A DNA stretch of 64,000 nucleotides from Acidimicrobiales bacterium (lineage in GTDB: Bacteria > Actinomycetota > Acidimicrobiia > Acidimicrobiales > Aldehydirespiratoraceae), in assembly GCA_965116865.1 (NCBI GenBank), contig OZ220727.1, positions 2,372,798-2,436,797 on the forward strand. The letters are read 5' to 3'. Positions within the stretch are counted from its first letter, which is position 1. Each line of letters begins with the position of its first letter. The notes under the pieces were generated by a model. It did no database searches. It saw only the letters and a program-made list of their open reading frames with translations, and was not told the origin of the DNA. The position numbers and the translations under genes are program-made. Shown here one piece after another: positions 26,224-36,287 of the stretch.

Positions 26224-26934
26224 TCAGGCGAAGGCGGCCAGCCACTGCTCGCGGCTGGTGGGCCGGAACACGTAGTTGCGCTCGCGGGTGACGCCCATGG
26301 TGGCCGACGACTCCACCGAGTAGCGGTGCCCCGGGTAGAGCACCGCGTCGTCAGGCACCCGGGCCAGACGGGTGGTGAGGCTCTCGTACATCTGGGCCGG
26401 GTCGGAGCCGGGCAGGTCCATGCGCCCGCATCCCTCGAGGAAGAGCGTGTCGCCGGCCACCAGCCGGCCGTCCACCAGGAAGCACTGGCTTCCCGGGGTG
26501 TGGCCCGGCGTGGCGATGAGCTCGATTTCGACCGCGCCCACCGTCACCACGTCCCCTGAGGCGTGGCTGACCAGGCAGTCGCCGTCCACGCCGGTCACTT
26601 TCTTGACGAGATCGGCTTCGGCGGCCTGCACGTGGATCGGTACCGACACCCGCTCCAGCAGCCGGCTGACACCCTCGATGGTGATGCCCATCATCTCGCC
26701 CCCCACGTGGTCGGGGTGGTAGTGGGTGGCCAGCACGCCGGTGCAGGCCATGCCGTCCGCCTCCAGCAGATCAACGAGCCCGCAGGTGTCGTAGGCCGGG
26801 TCGACGAGCACGGCCTGGCCGCTCCGGCGGTCGCCGATGGCGTACACGAAGTTCACCATCTGGCGGGCCAGCCCGTCGCCGGCCGCGAAGTCGCGCCCCG
26901 ACAGCAGCTGCCGGAAGTAGAGCCGGTCGTCCAC
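26224..26934 (-). CDS. MBL-fold metallo-hydrolase (glyoxalase II-like)
   Basis: ATHYHPDHVGG, TPGHTPGS, and CGRMDLPGSD. Confidence 0.85.
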   Translation of the reverse strand: MDDRLYFRQLLSGRDFAAGDGLARQMVNFVYAIGDRRSGQAVLVDPAYDTCGLVDLLEADGMACTGVLATHYHPDHVGGEMMGITIEGVSRLLERVSVPIHVQAAEADLVKKVTGVDGDCLVSHASGDVVTVGAVEIELIATPGHTPGSQCFLVDGRLVAGDTLFLEGCGRMDLPGSDPAQMYESLTTRLARVPDDAVLYPGHRYSVESSATMGVTRERNYVFRPTSREQWLAAFA

Positions 26935-26940
26935 AGCCCA

Positions 26941-27195
26941 TCACCCTATTGCCCATTCCCCGTTCGCCGCCCCCGTTGCCCATTCCCCGTTGCCCATTCC
27001 CCGTTCGCCGCCCCCGTTGCCCATTCCCCGTTGCCCATTCCCCATTGCCCATTCCCCGTTCGCCGCCCCCGTTGCCCATTCCCCGTTGCCCATTCCCCGT
27101 TCGCCGCCCCCGTTGCCCATTCCCCGTTGCCCATTCCCCGTTCGCCGCCCCCGTGCGCCGCCCCCGTTCGCCGCCCCCGTTCGCCGCGACCTGAG
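26941..27195. repeat. Short-period (13-14 bp) compound tandem repeats filling the MBL/pheA divergent gap
   Basis: GCCCATTCCCCGTT and CGCCGCCCCCGTT units alternate. The minus strand carries regularly spaced GGGG/GGG tracts. Confidence 0.9.
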
Positions 27196-27285
27196 GCCCG
27201 CTCGGGCCACGGCCTCGCAAAGCTCGGCCTCCAACGGGCCGCCGGAACGGCACTGAACGGACAGATCGGCCGTATCCTGCAGTAG

Positions 27286-28230
27286 GTGGGGCAACCCGAG
27301 AGGTCGTGCAGTCCGACCGTCGGATACTTGGGCCCGCCGGGGACGTTCACCGAGCAGGCCGTCTATTCCCAGCCCGACCTGGCCGCCATGAACCACCAGC
27401 CCATCGACTCGATCGTCGACGTGCTGCGGGCGGTCGGCAGCGGCGTCGTCGATCTGGGTCTGGTGGCCATCGAGAACATGATCGAGGGGTCGGTGACGGC
27501 CACCCTCGACGCGCTGGCCTTCGACACCGACCTGTTCATCCAGCGCGAGGTGATCATCGACGTCAACCTGAACCTGCTGGGCCCTCCGGGCATGGCGCTG
27601 GACTCGGTGGAGCGGGTCCGCTCCTATCCGGTGGCTCACGCCCAATGCCGCGAGTACCTGGCCGCCAACCTCCCCGGCGCGGTGTTCGAGGCGGCCAACT
27701 CGACCGCCGAAGCGGCCCGCAGCCTGACCGATTCGGGCGACCGCACCACCGCGGCCATCGCGCCTCTGCGCTCGGCGGAGGTGTACGGGCTGGACGTGCT
27801 GGCCGCCGGCATCGCCGACCGTGCCGACAACCAGACCCGCTTCGTGCTGGTCGGAGCCGACGTCATCGCCGTACCGACCGGCCACGACAAGACGAGCATG
27901 GTCGTCTACCAGCGCACCGACATGCCGGGCTCGCTGATCGGCATCCTGGGCGAGTTCGCGGCCCGGGCCATCAACCTGACCAGCCTCCAGAGCCGCCCCA
28001 CCAAGGCCGGCCTGGGCCAGTACTGTTTTCTGCTGGACTGCGAGGGCCACATCGCCGACGAGGTGGTGGCCGACGCGCTGCGCAACCTCAAAATGAAGAC
28101 CTCCCGGGTGAAGTTCCTCGGCTCCTACCCGTCGGCCTCCGCCGACCACCACGACCACGCAACGAACCAGGCGGAGGCACGCAAGGCGGCCGCCTGGATA
28201 GACGACCTCAGGGGCCGGATCCTCGTTTGA
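27286..28230 (+). CDS. pheA: Prephenate dehydratase with a C-terminal ACT domain
   Basis: VGYLGPPGTFTEQA, ENMIEGSV, TRFVLV, and the ACT block DMPGSLIGILGEFAARAINLTSLQSRP. Confidence 0.9.
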   Translation: MGQPERSCSPTVGYLGPPGTFTEQAVYSQPDLAAMNHQPIDSIVDVLRAVGSGVVDLGLVAIENMIEGSVTATLDALAFDTDLFIQREVIIDVNLNLLGPPGMALDSVERVRSYPVAHAQCREYLAANLPGAVFEAANSTAEAARSLTDSGDRTTAAIAPLRSAEVYGLDVLAAGIADRADNQTRFVLVGADVIAVPTGHDKTSMVVYQRTDMPGSLIGILGEFAARAINLTSLQSRPTKAGLGQYCFLLDCEGHIADEVVADALRNLKMKTSRVKFLGSYPSASADHHDHATNQAEARKAAAWIDDLRGRILV

Positions 28231-28273
28231 GTCCGCCGCAGGGCAGGACTTTGCCCCGCCTATCCTTGGCACC

Positions 28274-28360
28274 GGAGGGATGGCAGAGTGGACGATTGCG
28301 ACGGTCTTGAAAACCGTTGGGCCTTCACAGGTCCCGGGGGTTCGAATCCCCCTCCCTCCG
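28274..28360 (+). tRNA. tRNA-Ser (anticodon TGA), class II
   Basis: Acceptor GGAGGGA/TCCCTCC. Anticodon stem ACGGT/ACCGT with loop CTTGAAA. Long variable arm. T-arm GGGGG-TTCGAAT-CCCCC. Confidence 0.9.
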
Positions 28361-28404
28361 CTACACGATTGTTCCACACGTCCTAGTGCTGTGTCGTCGA
28401 AATG

Positions 28405-28479
28405 GCTAGGGCAGCGCAGCAGGACCGCGACCCTGCTTGGGAGCGCTCCGGACGCCCCGATCATTTCAGCGACGGACCA
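28405..28479. mobile_element. Solo terminal fragment (~75 bp) matching the left end of the IS1182-type element in inverted orientation
   Basis: CTAGGGCAGCGC...GGAGCGCTCCGGACGCCCCGATCATTTCAGCGACGGACC aligns with the reverse complement of 29089-29165. Confidence 0.6.
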
Positions 28480-28480
28480 C

Positions 28481-28700
28481 TAGTGTCCCGAGTGGAGAAT
28501 GCGTTGCAGATATGCTGACGTGGTCTCGAAGATCTCGTCGACGGTCATGCTCCATACGGAGGGGTGCGGGTGCTCGTTGCGGTTGTCGATCCAATTGTCG
28601 GTCCAGCCGCGGAGGTCTGCGACGCCTGGGGGGTCCGGCCGTTCTTGATGTAGTTGTGCGTCTCACAGACGGTCAACTGCATCAAGAACGGTCAGGGGGT
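28481..28700 (-). pseudogene. IS630-family transposase 3' remnant including the terminal repeat
   Basis: The terminus is TAGTGTCCCGAG. The minus frame reads GWTDNWIDNRNEHPHPSVWSMTVDEIFETTSAYLQRILHSGH*. Confidence 0.6.
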
Positions 28701-28931
28701 GCGAGACGGTGACATGAGCATGCTCGGCAGCCGGGCGCTGTTCACCGACCGGCGAGCCGTCAGCGTCGCCCTCCACCGCAAAGGCACAAACACGAGGAAC
28801 TAGCCACTCGGGACACTGGAAGCCCGGTCCCTTAACGCCAAGCCCCAAGAGGGCAGGATCAGCATCGCAACTGTAGCAATAGTAGCGTCGTAACTGTAGC
28901 AGATTATGCGTCGTTATTGTAGTGTTAGGGC

Positions 28932-29089
28932 ATGGAGTACCTCCCTCGAGTAATCGACACCGAACTCGATGCGCTTGCCGAGGCGCCAGCGGTGTCAATC
29001 GAAGGGGCACGCGGTGTGGGGAAGACCGCTACCGCGATGCGGCGAGCGCGCACTGTTCATCGGCTCGACGATCCAGGCCAACTAGAGGT
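28932..29089 (+). pseudogene. AAA+ ATPase (DUF4143 family), 5' part, interrupted by the IS1182-type element
   Basis: MEYLPRVIDTELDALAEAPAVSIEGARGVGKTATAM...DDPGQLEV (Walker A). The reading frame resumes at 31163 after a repeat of CTAGAGGT. Confidence 0.7.
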
Positions 29090-31162
29090 CCGTCGCTGAA
29101 TTGATCGGGGCACCTGGAGCGCCTCCGAGCGAGGCTTCGGGCCTTCCGCGCTGCCCTAGGAGGCTGGTGTTTTTCTCGGGTGGGGTTGGGTGTGTGTGGT
29201 AGAGTTGCAGGGATGTTGTTCGGTCTCGTGGGGAGGTTCGTGTCGTGACGGTGGGTGTGGAGCCGTGTCGGGTGGATCTGTTCAAGGGTTCGCATTTCGT
29301 GGGGGAGCGGCTGGCGGCGGATTCGATTTTTTCGGTGTTGGCGCGTGAGGGGCGGCGGTTGTTTCCCGACGGGATGTTCGATGATCTCTTTAGTTCGCGG
29401 GGGCGGCGCAGTGTGCCGCCGCGGGTGGTTGCTGTGGTGATGGTGCTGCAGCGCTGGTTCGGGTTGTCTGAGTGTGAGGCGGTGGCCGCGTTCGAGTTCG
29501 ACGCGCGTTGGCGTTATGCGTGCGGGTGCCTCGACGTGGACGGCGGCGGGTTCGACCACACGGTGCTGGTGGGGATGCGGGCGCGGCTCGCGGCGTCGCA
29601 GCGGCCGCGGCGGATCTTCGAAGCGGTGCTGGGCGCGGCCCGCGAGGCGGGGGCGTTGTCTCGGCGGCGGGTGCTGGACTCGGTGCCGGTCTATGACGCG
29701 GTCGCGACCCAAGACACTGTCACGATGCTGCACCGCGCCATCGGCGCGGTGCTCGCAGCCGGCGGGGGCGACGCCGGCGCGGGCTTGCGTGGCGACTATC
29801 GGCGCGGCAGCAGGCCGGTGTGCGACTGGGACGACCCCGGCGAGCGCTCGGAGTTGGTGGACGCGCTGGGCGCGGACGCCGCGGCGGTGCTCGCCGGGTT
29901 GGAGGGCCGCGAGCTCAGCGGGGCTCTCAGCGAGGCTGCGGAGTTGTTGGCCGCGGTCTGCGGGCAGGACCTCTGCGAGGACCCCGACGGGCGGTTCATG
30001 ATCGCGCGGCGCGTCGCCGCGGACCGGGTCATCTCCACGGTGGACCCCGACGCCCGCCACGGCCACAAATCCACCGCACGGCGCTTCGACGGCTACAAGG
30101 GCCACGCCGCGGTGGACCCCGACTCCGAACTCGTCACCGACACCGCGGTCACCCCCGCTGACACCGCCGACGCCCAACCCGCCCCCCAACTCATACACGA
30201 CCTCCTCAACACCGCCGACACCAACACCAACACCGCCGACACCGACACCGCCGACACCGACACCGCCGACACCGACACCGCCGACACCGACACCGCCGAC
30301 ACCGACACCGCCGACACCGACGCCGACACCGCCGATACCGACACCGACACCGACACCGCCGACACCGCCGACACCGCCGACGCCGACACCGCCGACACCG
30401 CCGACACCGCCGACGGCGGCGGTGTGGTCGAGGAGTTCGAGGGCCGGCCGACGGTCTATGGCGACAGCGCGTACGGCAGCGGAGAGTTCCAAGGGCTGCT
30501 CGAGCGCAGCCGCATAAACTCGAGGTGCCGCACCCAGCCGGCGCGCGCTCCGGGGGGCCGCTTCGCCAAGGACCGCTTCGACGTCGATCTGCCCAACGGC
30601 ACAGTCACCTGCCCCGCGGGGGTCTGCGTCGCTGTCCGCTTCGGCCGCGACGGCTCGGGCGCGGCCCGCTTCGGGCCGGCGTGCGCGAGCTGCGAACTGC
30701 GCGACCGCTGCACCAGCGCAGCCGGCGGAAGGACTGTGCGCGTCGGACCCGACGAGGCCGTGCTCGCCGCGGCCCGCGAACGCCAACAAGACCCACAATG
30801 GCGCCGCGACTACCGCGCCGTGCGCCCCAAAGTCGAACGCAAGCTCGCGCACCTCGTGCACCGCAAAAACGGCGGCCGCCACGCCCGGGTGCGCGGCCGG
30901 CCCAAAGTCGACGCCGACTTCAACCTGCTCGCCGCAGCCGCCAACATCGCGCGCCTCGGCATGCTCGGACTGCGCTCCACACCAACAGGATGGACCCTCG
31001 ACTGACCCCGCCAAAGCCCCAACCCGCCCCCGACACGACCAACCAGCCGCCCCCGACACGACCAACCCTCGCCCAACCCGCCGACCCCGGCCACCACCCA
31101 CCACAACAGCCCACCGAACACCAATTTGGCACCAGCCACCTAGCAATTTGGACGACACACCA
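29090..31162 (+). mobile_element. IS1182/IS5-like insertion sequence (~2.07 kb)
   Basis: Flanked by the duplicated ACTAGAGG(T) at 29081-29089 and 31162-31170. Imperfect inverted repeats (IRs) are GGTCCGTCGCTGAATTG and CAATTTGGACGACACACC. Confidence 0.7.
29245..31005 (+). CDS. IS1182-family DDE transposase with an internal Asp/Thr/Ala tandem-repeat insert
   Basis: DUF772-type N-terminus (SVPPRVVAVVMVLQRWFGLSECEAV), then GYKGHAAVDPDSELV, VYGDSAYGSGEF and KVDADFNLLAAAANIARLG. The repeat lies at 30205-30415 (DTADTDTAD...). Confidence 0.85.
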   Translation: MTVGVEPCRVDLFKGSHFVGERLAADSIFSVLAREGRRLFPDGMFDDLFSSRGRRSVPPRVVAVVMVLQRWFGLSECEAVAAFEFDARWRYACGCLDVDGGGFDHTVLVGMRARLAASQRPRRIFEAVLGAAREAGALSRRRVLDSVPVYDAVATQDTVTMLHRAIGAVLAAGGGDAGAGLRGDYRRGSRPVCDWDDPGERSELVDALGADAAAVLAGLEGRELSGALSEAAELLAAVCGQDLCEDPDGRFMIARRVAADRVISTVDPDARHGHKSTARRFDGYKGHAAVDPDSELVTDTAVTPADTADAQPAPQLIHDLLNTADTNTNTADTDTADTDTADTDTADTDTADTDTADTDADTADTDTDTDTADTADTADADTADTADTADGGGVVEEFEGRPTVYGDSAYGSGEFQGLLERSRINSRCRTQPARAPGGRFAKDRFDVDLPNGTVTCPAGVCVAVRFGRDGSGAARFGPACASCELRDRCTSAAGGRTVRVGPDEAVLAAARERQQDPQWRRDYRAVRPKVERKLAHLVHRKNGGRHARVRGRPKVDADFNLLAAAANIARLGMLGLRSTPTGWTLD

Positions 31163-32272
31163 CTAGAGGTGATCGGGAGTGATCCGCGCCTGGTGACCGA
31201 CGGCGAGCCGCCGGTGCTGATCGACGAGTGGCAGCGGCTGCCTGCCTCATGGGATCTGGTGAGACGAGCGGTGGACGCCGACCCCCAGCCGGGCCGCTTC
31301 CTGCTCACCGGGTCGGCGACGCCAACTGAGACACCGGCCCATACAGGAGCAGGTCGCATCATCAGCATGCGGATGAGGCCCCTGTCGCTCGCTGAGCGCG
31401 GGCTTGCTGCTCCCACCGTCAGCCTCAGCGATCTGCTCACGGGCGACCGCCAACGACTCGACGGCGCGGCAGGAGTCGGTGTGGAGCAATACGCCGACGA
31501 GATCATCCGATCAGGCTTCCCCGGGATCAGGCCACACCCCGATCGGATCCGGCGCGGCCTGCTCGACGGCTATGTCGACCAGATCCTGCGCCACGATGTC
31601 TACCAGTTCGGCCACACCTTCAGAGACGAGGGGTCGTTGCGCAGATGGATCACCGCCTACGCGGCCGCGGTGTCGACTGCGACCCCGTTCGAGAAGATCC
31701 GCGACGCCGCAGCAGCAGGCGAAAGTGACAGGCCGGAGCGCACGACCACGATCCCATACCGATCAGCTCTCGAGGGTCTGCGGCTGATCGAAGAGGTACC
31801 AGCGTGGCTTCCGACCCTCAACCGGCTGCGCAGGGTGGCGTCGGTACCCGTGCATCAACTCACAGACCCAGCGCTAGCGGCTCGACTGCTCGGCGTCGGC
31901 ACCGACGCGCTGATCGCCGGAACTGAACGATGGGAAGGCGACGGGACGCTGCTCGGCGCGTTGTTCGAGTCGCTGATGACCCTCTCGGTGCGGGTGTACG
32001 CACAGGCCTGCGAGGCACGGGTGCACCACTTGCGAACCCAGGGCGGCGAACGCGAGGTCGATCTCATCGTCGAGCGCGCCGACGGCGCCATCGTGGCGCT
32101 GGAGGTGAAGCTCAAGTCGGTCATCAAAGACAGAGACGTCCGTCACCTGCAATGGCTGCGCAACCAGATCGGCTCCCGGATGCTCGACGCCGCGGTGTTG
32201 TCGACCGGCCAACAGGCCTACCGCAGAGCCGACGGTGTCGGAGTCATCCCCGCTGCGCTGCTCGGCCCCTGA
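31148..32272 (+). pseudogene. AAA+ ATPase (DUF4143 family), 3' part
   Basis: PLEVIGSDPRLVTDGEPPVLIDEWQRLP...REVDLIVERADGAIVALEVK. It continues the frame broken at 29089. Confidence 0.7.
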
Positions 32273-32801
32273 CCCGAACGCGGGCCACCTCGGGCGCTGA
32301 TTGAAGAATCAAAGGCTCCCCGTCGGTTGATCCGGCACCCGACACGGACCACACCGATGGCACCAACACTCACAAGACGTGCGAAATCCCCACCCTCGAA
32401 TACGGGAAGTCCCGCCAGAGCCCGTCGGGGTCAGCAAGCGCGGCCTGCAATGCCGCGGCGCGAAGGATGGTGGGAATGAGGCATCACTCGATCAATTTAG
32501 GGGACTTGACCTCATCTTTTGCAAATGGTTCGCATCCTGGCGTCGCTACCAAACCTTTCCGGCGCCATTTGTTGTGGACGCGGTGGCAGCGTAGGAGGGG
32601 TGTGGGACGAGATGTGGGGAAGCGCTAATGCACGCGTCCTTTACGGCCTCTGACCTCGGGGTTTCAGGTGTTCTGCCGCTGGCTCAAGACTGAATCCGTC
32701 GTCGTGCAGAAGTGCCCGCTTGTGCAGTTCGGTGGGCGCTTTCGTGGCAGAAGTGCCCGCTTGTGCAGTTCAGTGGGCAGCATGAACAGTAGCATGAACA
32801 T

Positions 32802-33290
32802 ATGGGGCAGTACCTCGACCGGACCCATGACGGTGTTCTGGGTCCGGAACCCTACAGGGCCTATGTCCCCCACGGCATCACCGGATGGAACCCCGAGATC
32901 AGTGAGCAGACAGCAGAACGCGTGAAGGCCGTCGGGGACCGGATCACGGGTCTGGCCGCTGATCTGCCTCAGCATCGCTCGCGGCCACAGTCGCTTGCGA
33001 CTACACCGAAGCGGTCGCAAAGGTCATCATCGACATGGATGCCAAGTGGCACGCCCTCGACCTGCGGCCCCACTCGGCGGCGGCGGCCACGCTGGAGGCG
33101 ATGTCGACGATGCCAGCGGCCACCATCGACTATCTCCGCGATGCGACAAGCCGTCGCGCCGACTCCGTGAGGCGGGGACTGCGCAGACTCGTCAAAGCCG
33201 GTGCCGTCGCAGAGACACACGACGAAAACACGGGACGCAGAGTGTTCGAGGCGCCCGAACTGCTGCAGATCGTGGACCACCGCCAGCAAC
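32802..33290 (+). pseudogene. Possible Fic/DOC-family gene remnant lacking the catalytic core
   Basis: N-terminal-like YRAYVPHGITGWNPEISEQTAERV and C-terminal wHTH-like IDYLRDATSRRADSVRRGLRRLVKAGAV lie in different frames. No HPFxxGNGR motif is present. Confidence 0.3.
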
Positions 33291-33624
33291 TGCTGAGACG
33301 CTGCTGGGAGACCTACCAGGCAGGCTTCGAGCGATCACCGGCCAAGCTTGTCGCCGAATGGCGCCGCAGCATCGCCATCGACGAAGCACAGAAGCAGCCG
33401 TCGAGACAACGACGACGATGCAGCCACATCGGGGAACGCAGCAAAGTCCAATGCACCCGACGAGCCGGGCACCCTCCGCCACACCGCTACACCTGAAACC
33501 TCTGCAGCCTTGCTGCGTTCCGCAGCAGTTGTTGAGCCACCCGGCCGAGCATCGGGCGCACCGGGCGATCATCTGAACGGCGCAGCACCCGACTCCCTCC
33601 GGTCTTTGCGCAGCGTCAGCCAAC

Positions 33625-33785
33625 TGCCGTGCCACACCAACGAGCCGCCTGGACACAACCGTGCCGCCAACAACGAGGCCACGCACGACCACGCCACACC
33701 AACGAACCGCCTGGACACAACCGTGCCGCCAACAACGAGGCCACGCACGACCACGCCACACCAACGAACCGCCTAGACGCAGCAC
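33625..33785. repeat. 62-bp x ~2.6 tandem repeat upstream of the esterase-like gene
   Basis: CACCAACGArCCGCCTGGACACAACCGTGCCGCCAACAACGAGGCCACGCACGACCACGCCA occurs at 33635, 33697 and 33759. Confidence 0.9.
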
Positions 33786-33832
33786 TTGACTCCCTCCGGT
33801 ATTCGCACAGCAGACGACTAGGCTCCCAAACT

Positions 33833-35149
33833 GTGACTGCCTCCCCCGTCCTCGAAGCGTTGACGAGCCGCGCCCGCCTGCTTGCCGTCCTAGTCCTTGC
33901 TTGTCTTGCGGCCGCCAGCTGCGGCGGCGATGAGGAGGCGGCCGCGCCCACGACGGCTCCCGCCGCCACCGAGGCGACCGCGGCCACGGCCGCGCCCACC
34001 ACGACGGCGGCCCCGACCACGACCGCCGCGCCGGCGACCACTGCGGCTCCCACCACCACGGCCGCGCCCGCCACGACAGCGGTCCCGACCACCACGGCGC
34101 CACCCGCCACGACAGCGGCTGAGACGATCACAGTCGTCGAGCCGTCCAGCTCCGAGCCGGTGGCGACCGCGGGGGAATGGCTGGCCTTCAACGGTGGCGA
34201 GGACTGCACCTGCGCCGACGAAAGCGACTACCACTACTGGGTGCGCGAGGGCGACCCGGAGAAGGTGGTCTTCTACCTGCAGGGCGGCGGGGCGTGCTTC
34301 AGCCGGGAGAACTGCGCGTTCACCAGCGACGCGAACTCGTACGACTTCACTACCGACATCACCGAGATCGGGGACAACCCCAGCGAGTGGAGCGGCATCT
34401 TCGACTTCGAGAACCCGCTCAACCCGGTGAAGGACCATTCGTTCGTGGTGGCGCTGTACTGCACCGGCGACGTGCATCTCGGCAACCGGATCAACGACTA
34501 CGGCGGTGGTCTGTTGGTGCACCACAAAGGCTTCGTCAACGCCACCGCCGCGCTGGACGCGGCGGTGGAACGATTCGGCGGCGCCGCCGAGGAGGTGGTG
34601 GTGGCCGGCTCGAGCGCCGGCTCGGCCTCGGCACCGCTGTACGCTGGTCTGGTCGCCGACCTTTTCGATGGCGCCAGCGTCGCGGTGGTGGCCGACGCCT
34701 CGGGCGCCTACCCGAGCGACCCGAGCATCAACACCTACATCGGCAGCCTGTGGGGGACCACCCGGTCGGTGCCGGACTGGCCCGTCAACGAGGGGGTCAC
34801 CATCGCCGAATACGGCCTGCCCGAATTGTTCATCCGTTCGGGTCTGCACGCGCCCCGCATTCGGTTCGCCCGCTACGACAACGCCTTCGACAGCACCCAG
34901 GAGTTCTTTGCGACTCTGGCCGGGTTCGACGCCGACAGCATCGACCAGCTCATGCACCACAACGAGGCCAGGATCGAGGATGCCGGGGTGAACCAGGCGA
35001 GCTACATGGCCCCCGGCCGCGACCACACGATCCTCGACCGGGACCTGCTCTACACCCAGGAGGTGGAGGGCGTCGCCTTCCTCGACTGGCTCACAGCCTT
35101 CCTGTCCGGCGCCGACGTGGACGACGTGCATTGCGTGGACTGCTCATAG
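33833..35149 (+). CDS. Secreted lipoprotein, pectin-acetylesterase-family alpha/beta hydrolase
   Basis: Lipobox LACLAAASCGG and an Ala/Thr/Pro-rich linker, then VVFYLQGGGACFSRENC and VVVAGSSAGSASAP. The GTG at 33833 is taken as the start. Confidence 0.6.
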   Translation: MTASPVLEALTSRARLLAVLVLACLAAASCGGDEEAAAPTTAPAATEATAATAAPTTTAAPTTTAAPATTAAPTTTAAPATTAVPTTTAPPATTAAETITVVEPSSSEPVATAGEWLAFNGGEDCTCADESDYHYWVREGDPEKVVFYLQGGGACFSRENCAFTSDANSYDFTTDITEIGDNPSEWSGIFDFENPLNPVKDHSFVVALYCTGDVHLGNRINDYGGGLLVHHKGFVNATAALDAAVERFGGAAEEVVVAGSSAGSASAPLYAGLVADLFDGASVAVVADASGAYPSDPSINTYIGSLWGTTRSVPDWPVNEGVTIAEYGLPELFIRSGLHAPRIRFARYDNAFDSTQEFFATLAGFDADSIDQLMHHNEARIEDAGVNQASYMAPGRDHTILDRDLLYTQEVEGVAFLDWLTAFLSGADVDDVHCVDCS

Positions 35150-35187
35150 CGCCGCCGCGTCGGCACACCGGTAGGCTCGGAAGCTCT

Positions 35188-35279
35188 GGAGACGTGGCCG
35201 AGTCCGGTTGAAGGCGCTTCCCTGCTAAGGAAGTAACGATGCAAGTCGTTCGTGGGTTCGAATCCCACCGTCTCCGCCA
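35188..35279 (+). tRNA. tRNA-Ser (anticodon GCT), class II, with encoded CCA
   Basis: Acceptor GGAGACG/CGTCTCC. Anticodon stem CTTCC/GGAAG with loop CTGCTAA. T-arm GTGGG-TTCGAAT-CCCAC. Confidence 0.9.
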
Positions 35280-35324
35280 AATTTGCTTCGTAAGTTTTGG
35301 GCGTTCGGGTTCGCTAGTTTCGCA

Positions 35325-36287
35325 TTAGAGGCCGCGCGGATTGACCATCCGCGGGTCGTCTGGTTGTCCCGACTGGAATATCGGGTGTCCTGTCAACGAG
35401 ACGACCGTGGAGGTCAGACACATCATGCGCGCGTTGGAGTCGGAAGTGGTGGATCCGGTGTGGGCGGCGATCGAGCCGCTTGTGCCGGTGCCTGTGGACA
35501 ACCATCCCACCGGCGGGCACCGGCGCCGGATACCGGACAAGATCGTGTTCTGGAGGATCTTGATCCGGTTGGTGACGGGCTGCTCGTGGGTCACCGCGGA
35601 GAGGCTGTTGGGCGGGCGCGTGTCTGACACGACTATGCGCGCCCGCCGCGACGAGTGGGTCGAGGCCGGAGTCTTTGAAGGCCTGGAGCCTGAGGCGCTG
35701 CGCGCCCATGACCGCATCGTGGGCCTCGACTTGTCCGAGGTGTCGGTGGACGGGTCGATCCACAAGGCGCCCTGCGGCGGCGAAGGCACCGCCAAAAGCC
35801 CTGTTGAGCGGGCCAAACTGGGCTGGAAATGGTCCATATTGGCCGAACGGGCCGGGATGCCGGTCGCGGCGGTCGCCGACGGCGCCAACCGACACGACAC
35901 CATCTTGTTCGAACCCACACTGCGAGCCGCCCCCGAAGGGCTGCTAGCCGACGTGGAGACCCAGCACCTCGACCGCGGATACGACAACGCGCCGGCGCGC
36001 GCGGTGTGCGCCGCGATGGGCATCGACGACGTCGTGTGAGCGAAGAAGCGCCCCCGCCACGCCAAGCGCCGCAAACCCAACACGGCTCCCCTCGGGCTGC
36101 GCTGGAGCGTCGAGCGCACCAACTCGTGGCTGTCGAACTTCGGACAGACACGCCGCAACACAGACCGCCGCCCCCAGCACCGACGAGCCCAACTCTCCCT
36201 CGCCATAACCCTCATTATCACAGCCAAACTCATCGACCACCGCGACCGATGGAACCCCCACCCATGATCAATCCGCGCTCGCTCTTA
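35325..36287 (+). mobile_element. IS5-family (IS427/IS1031-like) insertion sequence immediately 3' of tRNA-Ser
   Basis: Terminal IRs are AGAGGCCGCGCGGATTGACCAT and ATGATCAATCCGCGCTCGCTCT. TTAG-like flanks on both sides. Confidence 0.65.
35425..36267 (+). pseudogene. IS5-family transposase with a single in-frame TGA at 36037
   Basis: MRALESEVVDPVWAAIEPLVP...GANRHDTILFEP...HLDRGYD, then a stop, then LRWSVERTNSWLSNFGQ in the same frame. Confidence 0.65.

Noticed and set aside
26941-28464. A 507-aa minus-strand ORF.
   Set aside because: It is antisense to pheA and tRNA-Ser and begins in the micro-repeat array.
29029-31506. An 825-aa minus-strand ORF.
   Set aside because: It is antisense to the IS1182 transposase, crosses the IS boundary, and has repetitive GV/GG composition.
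33192-34209. Minus-strand ORFs of 197 to 303 aa.
   Set aside because: They are antisense to the Ala/Thr/Pro linker and the 62-bp repeats of the esterase-like locus, and are low-complexity artefacts.
36037-36039. An in-frame TGA in the IS5 transposase as selenocysteine or programmed recoding.
   Set aside because: No SECIS-like hairpin was seen immediately downstream, and IS5-group recoding is frameshifting near the N-terminal third, not read-through. A nonsense mutation is simpler.
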